A DNA stretch of 64,000 nucleotides from the human T2T-CHM13v2.0 reference genome, Homo sapiens. The stretch lies in assembly GCF_009914755.1 (NCBI RefSeq), contig NC_060930.1; one strand, written 5' to 3'. Made by a program: the position numbers and the translations under genes. Under the pieces are notes generated by a model. That model did no database searches and had not been told where the DNA came from. It was given only the letters and a program-made list of their open reading frames with translations. Positions 1-16,420 of the stretch are shown here, one piece after another (position 1 is the stretch's first letter; every line of letters begins with the position of its first letter).

Positions 1-2632
<2,632 letters not shown>

Positions 2633-3090
2633 TTATCTATTGTGAATTTTCTGTAGAGTAATCTGATGGGAACCTAGTCATTCATTGGGGGAACCCAGCT
2701 ACAAGAAAATAGATATTTTCTCTTGGAACGAAGAGATTTCAAAGACAGTAAGACAGTCTCTTACTTGGAAGGAGATGGATACAAAAAGCCTGGTATTCTG
2801 GTTGCTGAGATAGGGGAGAATTTTGTTGTGGATGTGGTTGTCTCACCATTCAATGCATATACTTTCACTGACAATTCAAATTTTCTGTTCAGTGTCTCTT
2901 CTTTCCCCTCAGCTGTGCTTTCTGCCCCTTAGTCCAGGGCTTCTCAGGGTCAATTGCTTAAAGAACAAGTGTCCTGGCTTTAGCTGGAAGAGTTGCACAT
3001 CTATGTGAGTGGTAGAGGTCACCTTTTGGCCTTTGTACAGATTTTTCAAAGTGCCTGTTTTCTACTCCACCTTTCTCCCCCACTTTCAAA

Positions 3091-5468
3091 TGTGTGTGTG
3101 TATATATATGTATATGATATATATATATGATATATATATGATATATATATGATATATATATGATATATATATGATATGATATATATATGATATATATGAT
3201 ATGATATATATATGATATATATGATATATATATGATATATATATCATATATATATGATATATATATGATATGATATATATATGATATATATATGATATAT
3301 ATATGATATGATATATATATGATATATATATGATATATATATGATATGATATATATATGATATATATGATATGATATATATATGATATATATGATATGAT
3401 ATATATATGATATATATGATATGATATATATGATATATATGATATATATATATGATTGATATATATGATATATATATGATATATATATGATATATATATG
3501 ATATATATATGATATATATATCATATATATGATATATATATGATATATATATCATATATATGATACATATATCATATATATGATATATATATGATACATA
3601 TATCATATATATGATACATATATCATATATATGATACATATATGATATATATCATATATATGATATATATATCATATATATGATATATATATCATATATA
3701 TGACATATATATGATATATATATGATATATATATGATATATATATGATATATATATGATATATATATGATATATATATATGATATATATATGATATATAT
3801 ATATGATATATATATGATATATATATATGATATATATATGATATATATATGATATATATATGATATATATATGATATATATATGATATATATATGATATA
3901 TATATGATATATATATGATATATATATGATATATATATGATATATATATATGATATATATATGATATATATATATGATATATATATGATATCTATATATG
4001 ATATATATATGATATATATATGAGATATATACGATATATATGAGATATATGACATATATATGAGATATATATGAGATATATATGATATATATATGAGATA
4101 TATATGATATATATGAGATATATATGATATATATATGAGATATATATGATATATATGAGATATATATGATATATATATGAGATATATATGAGATATATAT
4201 GATATATATATGATATATATATGAGATATATATATGAGATATATATATGAGATATATATGAGATATATATATGAGATATATATGAGATATATATATGAGA
4301 TATATATGAGATATATGTATGATATATATATGATATATATATGAGATATATATATCATATATATGATATATATATGAGATATATATATCATATATATGAT
4401 ATATATATGAGATATATATATCATATATATGATATATATGAGATATATATATCATATATATGAGATATATATGAGATATATATATCATATATATGAGATA
4501 TATATGAGATATATATATCATATATATGATATATATATGAGATATATATGATATATATCATATATATCATATATATATGATATATATGATATATATCATA
4601 TATATCATATATATATGATATATATGATATATATATGATTGATATATGATATATATGATATATATATGATATATATGATATATATGATATATATGATATA
4701 TATATGATATATATCATATATATGATATATATGATATATATATGATATATATGATATATATATGATATATATCATATATATATGATATATATCATATATA
4801 TATGACATATATATGATATATATGATATATATGATATATATGATATATATCATATATATCATATATATGATATATATGATATATATGATATATATCATAT
4901 ATATGATATATATGATATATGATATATATATCATATATATGATATATATGATATATATGATATATATATCATATATATCATATATATGATATATATGATA
5001 TATATATCATATATATGATATATATGATATATATCATATATATATGATATATATGATATATATGATATATATATGATATATATGATATATATATGATATA
5101 TATGATATATATGATATATATATGATATATATGATATATATGATGTATATGATATATATGATATATATATGATATATATGATATATATATCATATATATG
5201 ATACATATATGATACATATATGATATATATATCATATATATCATATATATCATATATATATCATATATATCATATATATATCATATATATCATATATGAT
5301 ATATATATGATATATATGATATATATATGATATATATATGATATATATATGATATATATGATATATATGATATATATATGATTGATATATATGATATATA
5401 TGATATATATATGATATATATGATATATATGATATATATGATATATATATATGATATATATATATATC
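3091..5468. repeat. About 2.4 kb AT-rich simple repeat of TGA(TA)n units with TCA, GAGA and TACA variants
   Basis: Directly visible. Starts after (TG)5 at 3091 and ends at TATATATC. Confidence 0.99.
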
Positions 5469-5554
5469 TTAAATTGTCAAAACCTGAAAGTTCTGGGTTG
5501 GTAATGCCTTTGTTACATGTTGTTAATACTTCAGAGAGGAATTGCTTTCCCAAG

Positions 5555-5978
5555 TGTATTAGTTAGCTAGGGCTGACATAAGAGTGTATCATGAATTGAG
5601 TAGCTCAAGCTCTGAAAACTAGAAGGCTGAGATCAAGATGTCATCAAGATTGTTTTTTTTTTTCTGAGGTCTGTAAGGGAGACTCTGTTTCAGGCTTCTT
5701 TCCTAGTTTCTAGTGGTTTTCTGGTGGTCCTTGGTGTTCATTGGCTTGCGGAAACATCATCACAACCTCGGCCTTCATCTTCACACCGCATTCTCCCTAT
5801 GTCCAAATTTCTCCCATTTATAAGCCCACAGGCATATTGAATTAAGGCCCATCCTATCAGCCTCATCTTAACTTGATTATCTCCAACGACCCTATTTCCA
5901 AATAAGGTCACATTCTTAGCCACTGGAGGTTATGACTTCCACATATGAACTAGAGGTTACACCATTCAGCCCATGCCA
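5555..5978 (-). mobile_element. MaLR LTR, MLT1C-like
   Basis: TGTATTAGTT...CCCTATTTCCAAATAAGGTCACATTC motifs of a reverse-oriented MLT1. Confidence 0.85.
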
Positions 5979-7966
5979 CTCACTATATCATCATGATGAG
6001 AAATAAGAAAGATTGGTTATTTGATAAGGAAAGTGGAGCAGACTTGTTCTAGAAACTTCTTATAAATGGCAGATCTAAAGGTAAGCATTCCAGTGAGAAA
6101 TTCTAGCACCTTGGGTCATAGAGGAAGAAAGCTTCACTAGAAATAAGGAGGAGAATAACCAAGAGGTGGGAAAGGCTGATGTTTAACTCTGAATATGATG
6201 GGATTTTACAGGGGATGAACCTTACCGTTATATATAGTTTGTCTCTTATTTCAGGCCTGACTGTTTTATTATTTCCTTTTTCCATGCTTGACTAAATAAC
6301 ATCATCTTCTCCCCACACAGAAGCAATTTCTCTCTCACACAGAGTGAAAAAAAGTAGAACTCAAATGTTACCTGTTTCTTTTAACTACCTCCTGACTCCT
6401 GGGCTAATAGGTAGTGTGCTATAGCAAAGGATCTGTCACACCCACTAAATTCCTTGTGCCAGACCTGCATTAGAATAGAAGCATCAATTTCACCTAAGAA
6501 TTTGCCATCCTATTCTTCCCTAAAGCAATCATTAGATTTAACAATTACCTTCCTTGTATGGAGGGCTGTAATTTATTATCATTTTGGTCCCAGTACAGAA
6601 TCGATGCTAAAAGCAAAAACCTACCTAGTACATTGGATTATTTGTCATGTCCAATTCTTGACTTTTTTCCAATGTATTAAAGAGGCCACATTATCTCTAC
6701 CCTACATTTAAATTTTCCTTTTATCAGAATTCTGGTATCCATCTAGGTAGTTCTACTCTGACTGCTTCTGCTGGTGTTGTAAGTTAATAGTTACATAGGT
6801 GCAAATAATAATAACGTAAGTAAGAATAATAGCAATAGCTCAAAAGTTAAAATAGTAGTTTGAGTTTTACAGTCGAGTAGCAAATTATTAATTGTTGTTA
6901 CTACTGATAAGGAAGAAAAGCAGTAAAAAGAGCACCTATCCATAACAGTGAGAGCTGAGAATGTCTATAATCCACATTATTCAAATTTATTTTATTTATG
7001 CCATGCCTTTCATTGCTACTCCAGATATTGCTTCCTTTTTTTCCAAGTTTACAAATCTTAACCTGTGAGTCAACCTTCTACTTTCCTGAGAAAAAAATGA
7101 AGCTAACCAATGTGACTTCTCTTTTCTCATTCCTTTTGATCGCTGAACAGGAGTGGCCTAGCATGGTAATCTGGCTTAAAGGGAGGACTAAGGGACAAAT
7201 CTTGAAACTGCCTTTGCAAGCAAGCACATTGGTTTCAATTGTATCATAATATTTTGGATCTATAATCATAGAACTTTGTAAAAGTCTATTTACACAAATT
7301 TTACATAATATTAACAAAAGCAATTACTCATTTTAAAGATTTGTTATTATTGTTTATGTTGCTTTTGGTGGTACTTCTAGTGGTTAGGAGATGAGGTGAA
7401 AACTACTCCAACCCACTGTTGCCATCATCCTAACATTTTTGTAGGCCTCTCCCTTTCTCTTATTTGTTTCTCTCCCAATGAGCTATATCGTGCTTTCCAA
7501 AGTTGTGTTCTTAACATCCTATCCTATCTCTACAGAGAATTTGACCCATAAATTGTCCCCTCTTTCATACTTTAAATATATAATTTTAAACATAGTCCAT
7601 TAACCTCCTCTGGTAATTCTACAAATAATTGTCTTCTTGAAGTTTCCGTAGAGGCAAAGGCAATTAGTAGATGTGTCAGAAGGTGACTGAAAGGGTTCCA
7701 TCTAACCCGTCATCCATCAACACTCTCCACAACAGTAGACAGGATTTTATACATCTTGAGTTTGGAGTTTCCAGCACTTTTATTTTTTTAAGAAATTTTC
7801 ACTTTTAGAAAGGATGTTAAAGAAACTCCTGGCATACTAACATGTTTACATCTTCTATATATTCTTCTCTGCTTAACAAGATTTAACCATTAGGAGCTAT
7901 CTTTTACCTTGCATTTACCTCCAAATGATCAACAGTCATTGATCACCCTCTGCTACTACTATTACT

Positions 7967-8190
7967 TGCTCTTCCTTCTCTTCTCCTTCTTCTCTCTTCC
8001 TCTTCCTTTTGTCTCACCATCTTTTTCTTTTTTCCTCCTCCTCTTTCTTTGCTTCCCTACTTTTCTTTTGTTGTGTCTCCTTACAGGAATATAAGCTCCA
8101 TGAGAACAGGGATTTTGCTCTGTTTTGGTTACTGCATATTACCCAATGCTTAGAATGTAAACTGGCACAAAGTCAATACTTACTTGCTGA
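7967..8190 (+). mobile_element. CT-rich low-complexity tract followed by an L2 3' end
   Basis: GAATATAAGCTCCATGAGAACAGGGATTTTG...CTGGCACA resembles the L2 3' terminus. Confidence 0.7.
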
Positions 8191-8925
8191 AAAAATTTTT
8201 TAAAGTTATATAAAGAATAGAAAATTAGATAAGCAGAAACAAAAAGAATTTTTTAAAGGATCACAAATAACCTCACTATCAAAAGTGATCATCGTTAACA
8301 TTTTAGTGAGATCTTTTTCTCTGAGTTATAAACCACATATTCCTCAAGAAGCTCAACAGTCTATTTGAGGAGACAGAAATATAAATTACAAAACATCACA
8401 GTAAGTGCTATGACTAAACATAATGCTATGGTGCAGAAAAGATAAGTAATTCTGCCTGGCAGAGTTAGGGAGTATAATAAAAGCTGAAATTAAAATACAA
8501 GTAGAATTTGCCAAATTGCTATGTGAAATTTTAAAGAAAATTTCAAACTTCCTGTCACTCTGCTATATGAGTTTTTTATTCTTATTAGAGTAAATAATAA
8601 TAAATAGATGACCATCATTCCGAAACAGAGCATGTCAAAAATTACTTCACCCATTATTTTCTGTGAGGTGTTTTGTAAATTCCTCTGCCTAAGGTTCCTT
8701 TTTCCAGGAACTTGGTATCAAGGTCCCCTCTAGCAGTTTAAGGATTCACTTAAATCTTTGCCTCCTGATAGGAGTTAATGGGATTAACCCTCAAGAAGGA
8801 TGTAAATAATTTCATTGGCAGCCACAACATCGGCCCTTTTATGCTCCCCCCGCCAAAAAAAAAATGGAGAGAGAGAACCAGGACATCACCTTCATTTGCT
8901 GGAGTTGAGGGCCTGTAACTCCCTG

Positions 8926-9482
8926 TGTGATGGTTAATATTGAGTGTCAACTTGATTGGATTGAAGGACACAAAGTATTGTTCCTGGGTATGTCTGTGAG
9001 GGTGTTGCCCAAGGAGATTAACATTTGAGTCAGTGGACTGGGAGAGGCAGACCCATGCTCAGTCTGGATGGTCACCATCTACTTAGCTGCCAGTGCAGCC
9101 AGGATAAAAGCAGACAGAAGAATGTGGAACAGCTAGACTTGCTAAGTCTTCCAGCCTTCATCTTTCCCCCATGCTGGATTCTTCCTGCCCTTGAACATCA
9201 GATTCTAAGTTCTTCAGCTTTTGGACTTGGACTTACACCATGGTTTGCCAGGGTCTCTCGGGCCTTTGGCCACAGACTAAAGGCTACACTTTCAGCTTCC
9301 CTACTTTTGAGGTTTGGGGACTCAGACTGATCCACCACTGGCTTCCTTGCTCCTCAACTTCCAGATGGCCTGTCCCAGGGCTTTACCTTGCGATTGTGTG
9401 AGTCAATTCTCCTTAACAACTCCATTTCATATATACATTTATCCTGTTAGTTCTGTCCTTCTAGAGAACCCTGACTAATACA
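8926..9482 (+). mobile_element. Solo HERV-L LTR, MLT2A (probably MLT2A2), full length
   Basis: TGTGATGGTTAATATTGAGTGTCAACTTGATTGGATTGAAGG...CTAGAGAACCCTGACTAATACA. TG..CA ends. Perfect 5 bp TSD CCCTG at 8921-8925 and 9483-9487. Confidence 0.93.
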
Positions 9483-9609
9483 CCCTGCTTCACTGTATAC
9501 ACTGAAGCAACAACAGATCTAGACCTAGGATGGTTTCATTTTCTACTCCTAGATGGAAGACCAAGAATATGAGAGTAATGTCTAAATATGGTGATGGCAT
9601 TTAGTTAAA

Positions 9610-9740
9610 GAAAAACAAATGGACAAATGGGCATTAATGAAAAACAAATAATGAACAATGGACATTAATGAAAATGGGCATTAATGAAAAACAAATAAAT
9701 GGACAAATGGCCATTAATGAAAAACAAACGGACAAATGGT
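9610..9740. repeat. Imperfect minisatellite, unit about AAAAACAAATGGACAAATGGGCATTAATG
   Basis: CATTAATGAAAA occurs four times, with ACAAATGG spacers. Confidence 0.85.
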
Positions 9741-10489
9741 AAAAACTCATTGACCTTAAAGAATTTCTGATCTTGAACACCTAAAATTTTCAGAGCATTG
9801 AAAATAAATTAATTAAAGTGATATGTAATCTGGGCCATAGAGTGGTGTCATCTCAAATTTGGAGCAGATTAAAAATTAGAGATGAATAATGGTGAATAGG
9901 GAGTACCAGGTAAAACAAATGTATAGAAATTAGACAAAGCTGATTGGGGAAGAGTGTGAGGATCACTGTGGCAGAAGAGAACACATAAACAGGAGAGGAT
10001 TGAAAAATGACATAAGGGTATGTTGTGGCAACATTGTGAAAGGCATTGTATGCTAATATAAGGACTATGAAATGTGTATTATACATCACAATGCTGTTTA
10101 ATATTGCTGGACAACAAGTTGGCATTTCAAGAGGTTTTTATTAGGTGGTAATGTAACCCAATAAAAGAGTTAAAGGTATTGATACGTGCTGAGGAATACA
10201 TTTACTGGGACCAATCTCACTTCCAATTCTTCCTTTACACTTGATTAAAGTCTGAGTGAAGCCCCAATATTGTTTTGAAACAAATATAGATAGAAATTGG
10301 AGTGAAGGGCATATCTTAATAAAGTTAAGACAAAACTGAAAAAAAAAATTGCAGAGCAGATATATGCAGATTAATAATTTGGAGGAAAAACTCCGGCTGA
10401 CTAGAAGAGAGCAAGTTGGCAATCCACAACATTTATTTTTCTAAATTAAGAACAAGATATTATGATTTAAACAATTAATACTATGACTT

Positions 10490-10750
10490 AGCGTTCAGCA
10501 AACCTTTCAGTAAATAGCCAGATAGTAAATGTTTTAGACTTTGAGACACATATGGTCTCTTTTGCAACTACACAGCTCTGCCATTATAGCAGAAAAGCAG
10601 CCATAGACCACACGTAAATCCAATATGACTCGATTTATGGACATTGCAATTTGAATTACGTATAATTTTTACATGCCACAAAATATTATTCTTCTTTTGT
10701 TTGTTTTTGTAGCAATTTAAAAAGGGAATAAAATTTCTTAGCTTCTGTGT
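10490..10750 (+). mobile_element. hAT-Charlie MITE, MER58B-like
   Basis: GCCAGATAGTAAATGTTTTAG...GCAACTACACAGCTCTGCCATTATAGCAGAAAAGCAGCCATAGAC. Confidence 0.8.
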
Positions 10751-12299
10751 AATTTGTAATTTGGCTGTCTGGGGAGGCCTGCTATAGGGGACAGTAGATG
10801 AGGATACTTAAACAATCCCCTTTCTGCTCGGCTCCCAGCTCTTTTTCTCTGCCCTTAAAGGTCTTTTTTTTCTTCTAAACCTGAGACAAATATAAGCGAA
10901 AAGTTTAAAGAATCAGAAAAATATATAATTTGTATTATATATCTGTTTTCTTAATATAGTATAAGAGGCAAAAGGGATCTTTTACAAAAATTGAAAGGGA
11001 AGGTTTTTAACTTCAAAAAAGTAGATCCTCAATCATGATATCTTTTAAAAAATTATAACATCAGATACCTCTTTAAAGGAAATATACATACATATACATA
11101 CACACACATATGTGTGCACATATGTGTATATATACATATATATGTGTAACCCTAGCAATTGTTTAGATTTTATTCCATGGTATTATGTAGCCCTTATCAC
11201 AGGAGCATTCCAAGGCCAGACTGCAAATGGGATTGGCTGAATATATTCTATTTTAGTTCAGCAGGAGGAGGCAGAAATGTCCCAGTTTAGTCAATCTCAT
11301 TTTTTATTTTGCAGGTCACACACCAGTCCTTCAGTTCATTAAGTTTCTCTCTATTTCTGGAATAAAAGCTTCCATTGCTTGTAGAGCACTTCAGCCATGT
11401 CAACTGTGCGAGGAAAGGGCTGATAGGACTGATTTCTCTGCTGGATGTTGTGAGTGAGACAGCGTAAAACTCCAAGCTTAAGGATTCAAATGAAATATCC
11501 CAACCAATTAAAGTGTGGTTGAAATGCAAAGACCAGTACCACTAGCTACATATATATACCAAGAAAAGAGAAAACGGCATAAATGGGACCGATGTCACAC
11601 AAAAAAACAATTTCATGAATGAGGAAAAAGTTTCAAATGAGGAGTTTTCAGGTTAAAAAAAAAAAGGAGCGTATAGACAACAGGATGGTGATGAGAGGTA
11701 ACATAACCCTGCAATCAACACAATACACTCCACTAATGAAACAGAGCATTGCAGTATTTAGGGTGAAAAATTTCCAATGAGGATAAGAGGTAAAGAACAA
11801 CTTCTTTATAAGATTGCCTGATTCTTCTCAAAACAATAGTTTCATTTTCCTAAACTCATCAAGAGCTTTTTAATTTTAGTATATTTTACCTCAAATGAAC
11901 ACAGCTTCTCTCTCTCTCTCTCTCTCCCGCTCTTTCTTCTTTGGATGGGCCTATTTGTCCTTTTTAATTACTTGCAAGAATATGAGAAGAAACCAGTAAA
12001 TAAGCCCTATTTAACAGTGTAGAGACCAGAGTATGATAAAATGCCTCATAGAAAGATCCAGAAAAGGCAGCAGTGGTGAACAAAGCCAGTGGTACTGGGA
12101 AGATGTACATGAATAAAAGATCTTGTAAGTCAGAAGTCACAAAATGATAGCAATGGGCTGTGTTCAGTGTGCAGATATTTTGTCTTTGGACTGCATTTTG
12201 TTGAGTCACACAATATATAAAATGTGTCTGAATTAGTTGGCAACATTAACAAATCTAGAGATTTTATGTAAAAACATAATTTTCTGATTCACTTGGGGT

Positions 12300-12730
12300 T
12301 CTGAAGGTCTAATTCAGGCTCCTCTAGCTGAATGACCTTTGGCAAGTTGTCCTCTCCATGTCTAAATTCCCTTACATACAATATAAAACAGGATTAGCAA
12401 TATATTATTAGATTAGATTATATATGATATGCAATTTAATAATAATTATAATTATATTATAATTAAATATCATATATTACATATAATATATCATATAAAA
12501 CTGTTAATAATATAACTTACTTTACAGAATTTTGATGATATTATATTAATATATCATATATTGTATATGACATATTAATTACAATTATATCATATATTAT
12601 GTCATATAATATAAAACACCATTAATAATATAACTTACTTTACAGAATTTTTACGAGGATTAAATGACAATGAACTGGAATTACCTGTAACAATACTTGG
12701 CACATGTAACTACGTAACACATAGCGGATA
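12300..12730 (+). mobile_element. MIR interrupted by an AT-rich tract with an internal duplication
   Basis: TGACCTTTGGCAAGTT and GAGGATTAAATGA...TTGGCACATG MIR motifs on either side of an AT-rich block. Confidence 0.7.
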
Positions 12731-13233
12731 TTAGGACTAATAATACTTGCTGTCGCATTTGACAAACTGATGCTTAGAATCATGAGGCAAGTATCAAAAA
12801 GAGCACAGGAAAATGTCTTAAAATTGATCCACAAAGCATATTATGAAATAGGTACATAAATACCTTATATAAATAAGCTTCCAACATGATTTGTTCTAAG
12901 AGAGTATTGTACATGTACAATTGCATGAAGAATGATCTTTTGAAGCATTTTTCAGTTTCAAAATTGTATATAAATAGAAGTAATTGGGCACAAAGCAGCA
13001 GAATTCCTAAAGAAGCATACTTCAAAATATAGCAGTCTTATTTAAGTTACTTAATAAAAGAAATCATCTGAAGCAATATTATGGAGATAAAATATCCTTA
13101 ATGCTTTAGTACAAGTTTAAGAGAATAGAACTTCCAAAGCTTACTTTAAAAAATGTAACAAAGGGATTTACAATGATACTAATTTTAAAACGTATTTCAA
13201 AAAATGTATCACATATTTCAAAAAATGTATCAC

Positions 13234-13521
13234 AGCCAGGCGTGGTGGCTCACGCCTGTAATCCCAGCACTTTGGGAGGCTGATGCAGGCAGATTGCCTG
13301 AGCTCAGGAGTTCAAGACCAACCTGGGAATCATAGTGAAACCCCTTCTCTACTAACATACAAAAATTAGCCAGGCATGGTGGCAGGCGCCTGTAGCTACT
13401 CGGGAGGCTGAGGCACAAGAATCGCTTGAACCTGGGAGGCAGAGGTTTCAGTCAGCCAAGACCGCACCACTGCATTCCAGCCTGGGCAACAGAACAAGAT
13501 TCTGTCTCAGGAAAAAAAAAA
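13234..13521 (+). mobile_element. Alu (S/J class); tail runs into a (TA)n/(CA)n repeat to about 13618
   Basis: Dimeric Alu sequence with A-rich linker. Confidence 0.96.
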
Positions 13522-13538
13522 TATATATATATATATAT

Positions 13539-13582
<44 letters not shown>

Positions 13583-13799
13583 TTTATATATATATATAAA
13601 TTATATATATTATATATACCACAATAAATTAATGTCCTTTTTAATTATATTGTTAATTAAAATCTAAAATAAAATAATACATGAATAAGCATTGACATGT
13701 AAGAAAGCAAAATGATGTGTGTGTATATACATATGTAAAAATCAAGTAAAAGTACTATATATATACATGTGTCAGTATATACATATATAAGCAAAATTC

Positions 13800-14400
13800 A
13801 GAAGAACGTTTGGATTATTGAATATTCAGTGTACTACATGACATTCAAAGGATAAATATCCTTTATATGCAATGAGCTCTTATAAATCAATAATAAAAAA
13901 TCAAACAGCACAAAATTTTCAATGATTTAAGTGCACATTTTCTAAAAGAATAAATAAAATAAGCAAAAAAAGTTTAGCCTCATTCATAACCAATAAATGC
14001 AAATTCTACCACCAATGGGATCATATATTTCATCTACAAATTGATAGAGATCTTTAATATGAATGCTCAGTGTTAATAAGGGCTCTAGGAAAGAGGATGT
14101 CATCTATTGTTGGTATCAGTTTTCATAAGTTATGGAGGGCACTATATGAATAGGTATCAAATGCCCTAAAAATATGCCTATTATTTGATCCAAAATTCTA
14201 CTTTTAATAATTTTCCTGAAGAAAATCAGCCACCGAGTGGGCAAAATATTGCATGTACACACATCTTATATGTACAAACATCTCCAATATTGATTGTAAA
14301 AGCAAAACCTTGAAAACAACGTAAATATTTAAATAAAGAGATCAGTTAATTAAGTCATAAAAGACCATATGCAGTTACACTGCACAAATGTTAGATGGTG
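13800..14400 (+). mobile_element. Old L1M 3' fragment
   Basis: Degenerate ORF2-end motifs (GAGCTCTTATAAATCAATAA; TTTGATCCAAAATTCTACTT). Confidence 0.6.
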
Positions 14401-15389
14401 CCAGGGGAAATTAGCTAATAATGTATTTATTATATTATGGAGCTTTTTTGATTTTCAATTTCCTAAGATTATTTTAAATGATTTTAACGTTTATTAAGTT
14501 GAATGGTTTTTTTGTAAAATATCACAGTAAAGAACAAAGGAGTTGGGGACAGAAATATGAGAAAATTTGAGCAGGGAAAAAACTTGCTCATAGCTCAATG
14601 AAGCAGTTCCAAGAACAGAGTGTCCATGGATTAAAAAAAAAAAGAAAGAAAGAAACTTAATGCTCACATCAGGTCTACTGGGGTAGAAAAGAGACATGAG
14701 CTCTTTTTTCCTGTATAAGACATATGAATCTATCTTCTTTGATATACTTGCTCAGTACTGCAGAAATCCCATCCAAGTACTCTGTATTTTCTTTTCCAAT
14801 CTTCTCTTCAGTAAAGTGAGCAATAAACATCACAAAATCTCAAGAACACTAATAGTACCAATGCGCTAAAAGACACTTTATTTGATAAGCAAAGTGAGGG
14901 ACATTATCTATTTTTGCCTATATCTACAACAAGAATGTAAATTAAAGATATACAAATATTTTCCATACATACACTCCAAAAAAGAGATTTTCACATTTTA
15001 CTGAAAGTTGCTGGTGTGCCTTGGCAAACTTAGAAATAAATTCTAATGATGAAGACCAAAATGGGAGGTTACACCTAATGGCCCATGACTTAGGCCACCA
15101 GCAAGCATCCTTGGTCTAGAGAGAAAAGCTCGAAGTTCACTCCCATGACAGATGTGACAATAATTGCCTTCCTCTTTAACCTTTAATAACCTTTAATCTC
15201 CTGGTTAGTTGCCTTAAAAGCTATTAAATTGTGATGGATCACAATCAGAACTCGAAAATCTTTCTTCTAACCCTTGATTCTCTTAAACACATTCCTCAAA
15301 AGCACACAAAAGATCCAGAGAACAACAGATGTGACCTACTCTCAAGTCCGTGACTCGAAAAAGAAATCAGAAGCCAGTAACAAAATCCA

Positions 15390-16180
15390 GAAGAAATTAA
15401 CCACATAGCAACTTTAAATGTCTAGATCACACAAACAAAATTTATAAAAGATGTAACAGACAGATGAAGAACTGGAGAAAATATGTTTACCACACGTGTC
15501 AAAGACCCAATATTCTTAATATCCAAAAGCTCTTACAAATCAATATGAAAAAGACCAAACCCCAATTAAAAATGGGAAAAAGACATTTGTTGACTCTTCA
15601 AATAAAAAATACAATTTTTAAAGCATATCAAAAGAAATAGACCTTACTCATAGTTAAGTAAATACAAATTAAAATCATGAAACACCTTTTTTCCCATCTT
15701 AGACTTGCAAAGACAGAGTTTGACAATCTTTTGTGCTAATAATAGTGTGTTCATGCAGAATCTATTCCACATCATTGATGGTTGTACAAGTTGCTACAAT
15801 ATCTAGGGGGTCAAGTGGAAAATGCTTTGATTTAGCAATTCTATTTCTAGGAATTGATCAACAAATATACAGGTACATAAAGACAAAATTATTCATTGCG
15901 ACAATGTTTGTAGTAGTAAAATACTGGAAACAACCTAAATTTTCACTAGCAAGACATTTAACATAAACAATACTATATCTATACAATGATATATTATGAA
16001 GTAATTTGAAAAAATAAGAAACATCGATATATACTGATACAGAATGATCTACATCATTATTAATGTTTTTAAAGTGGTACAGAAGAATATACACACTTTG
16101 CTTCCATTTGTTTGCATAAAGCACATGTGCTTTTGTCTGCATAGACGATCTCTAGAAGTATTTACAAGAAACTTTTGCTA
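15390..16180 (+). mobile_element. Old L1M (ME/MC) 3' fragment
   Basis: CTGGAGAAAATATG...CTCTTACAAATCAATATGAAAAAGAC...TACTGGAAACAACCTAAAT. Confidence 0.65.
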
Positions 16181-16194
16181 GTCACAGAAATAGC

Positions 16195-16420
16195 TAAGTT
16201 TTACAGCACACTTACAATGAACTAGGCATTGTTCTAAGTGGTTTACTTATTTTGTTATCGAAACAATTCATCTGTTAGGTATAATTATTATCCCCATCTG
16301 GAAGGTGGGGAAACTGAGGCATAGAGCATTTAAGTGATTTGCCTAGGGTTCCACAGCTAGCAATTGCAAGCTGTAATTTGAATCCAGTCATTCTGTTTCA
16401 AGAGCCAGTGTTTTTAACCA
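16195..16420 (-). mobile_element. MIR
   Basis: ATTATCCCCAT...GGGGAAACTGAGGCATAGAG...TAAGTGATTTGCCTAGGG core. Confidence 0.85.

Noticed and set aside
2958-5566. Long Ile/Tyr/His/Ser-rich ORFs (up to 289 aa)
   Set aside because: They are translation artefacts of the TA/TGA simple repeat, which lacks stops on the minus strand.
9610-9740. CRISPR-like repeat-spacer array
   Set aside because: The context is eukaryotic, the spacers are themselves repeats of each other, and there are no cas genes.
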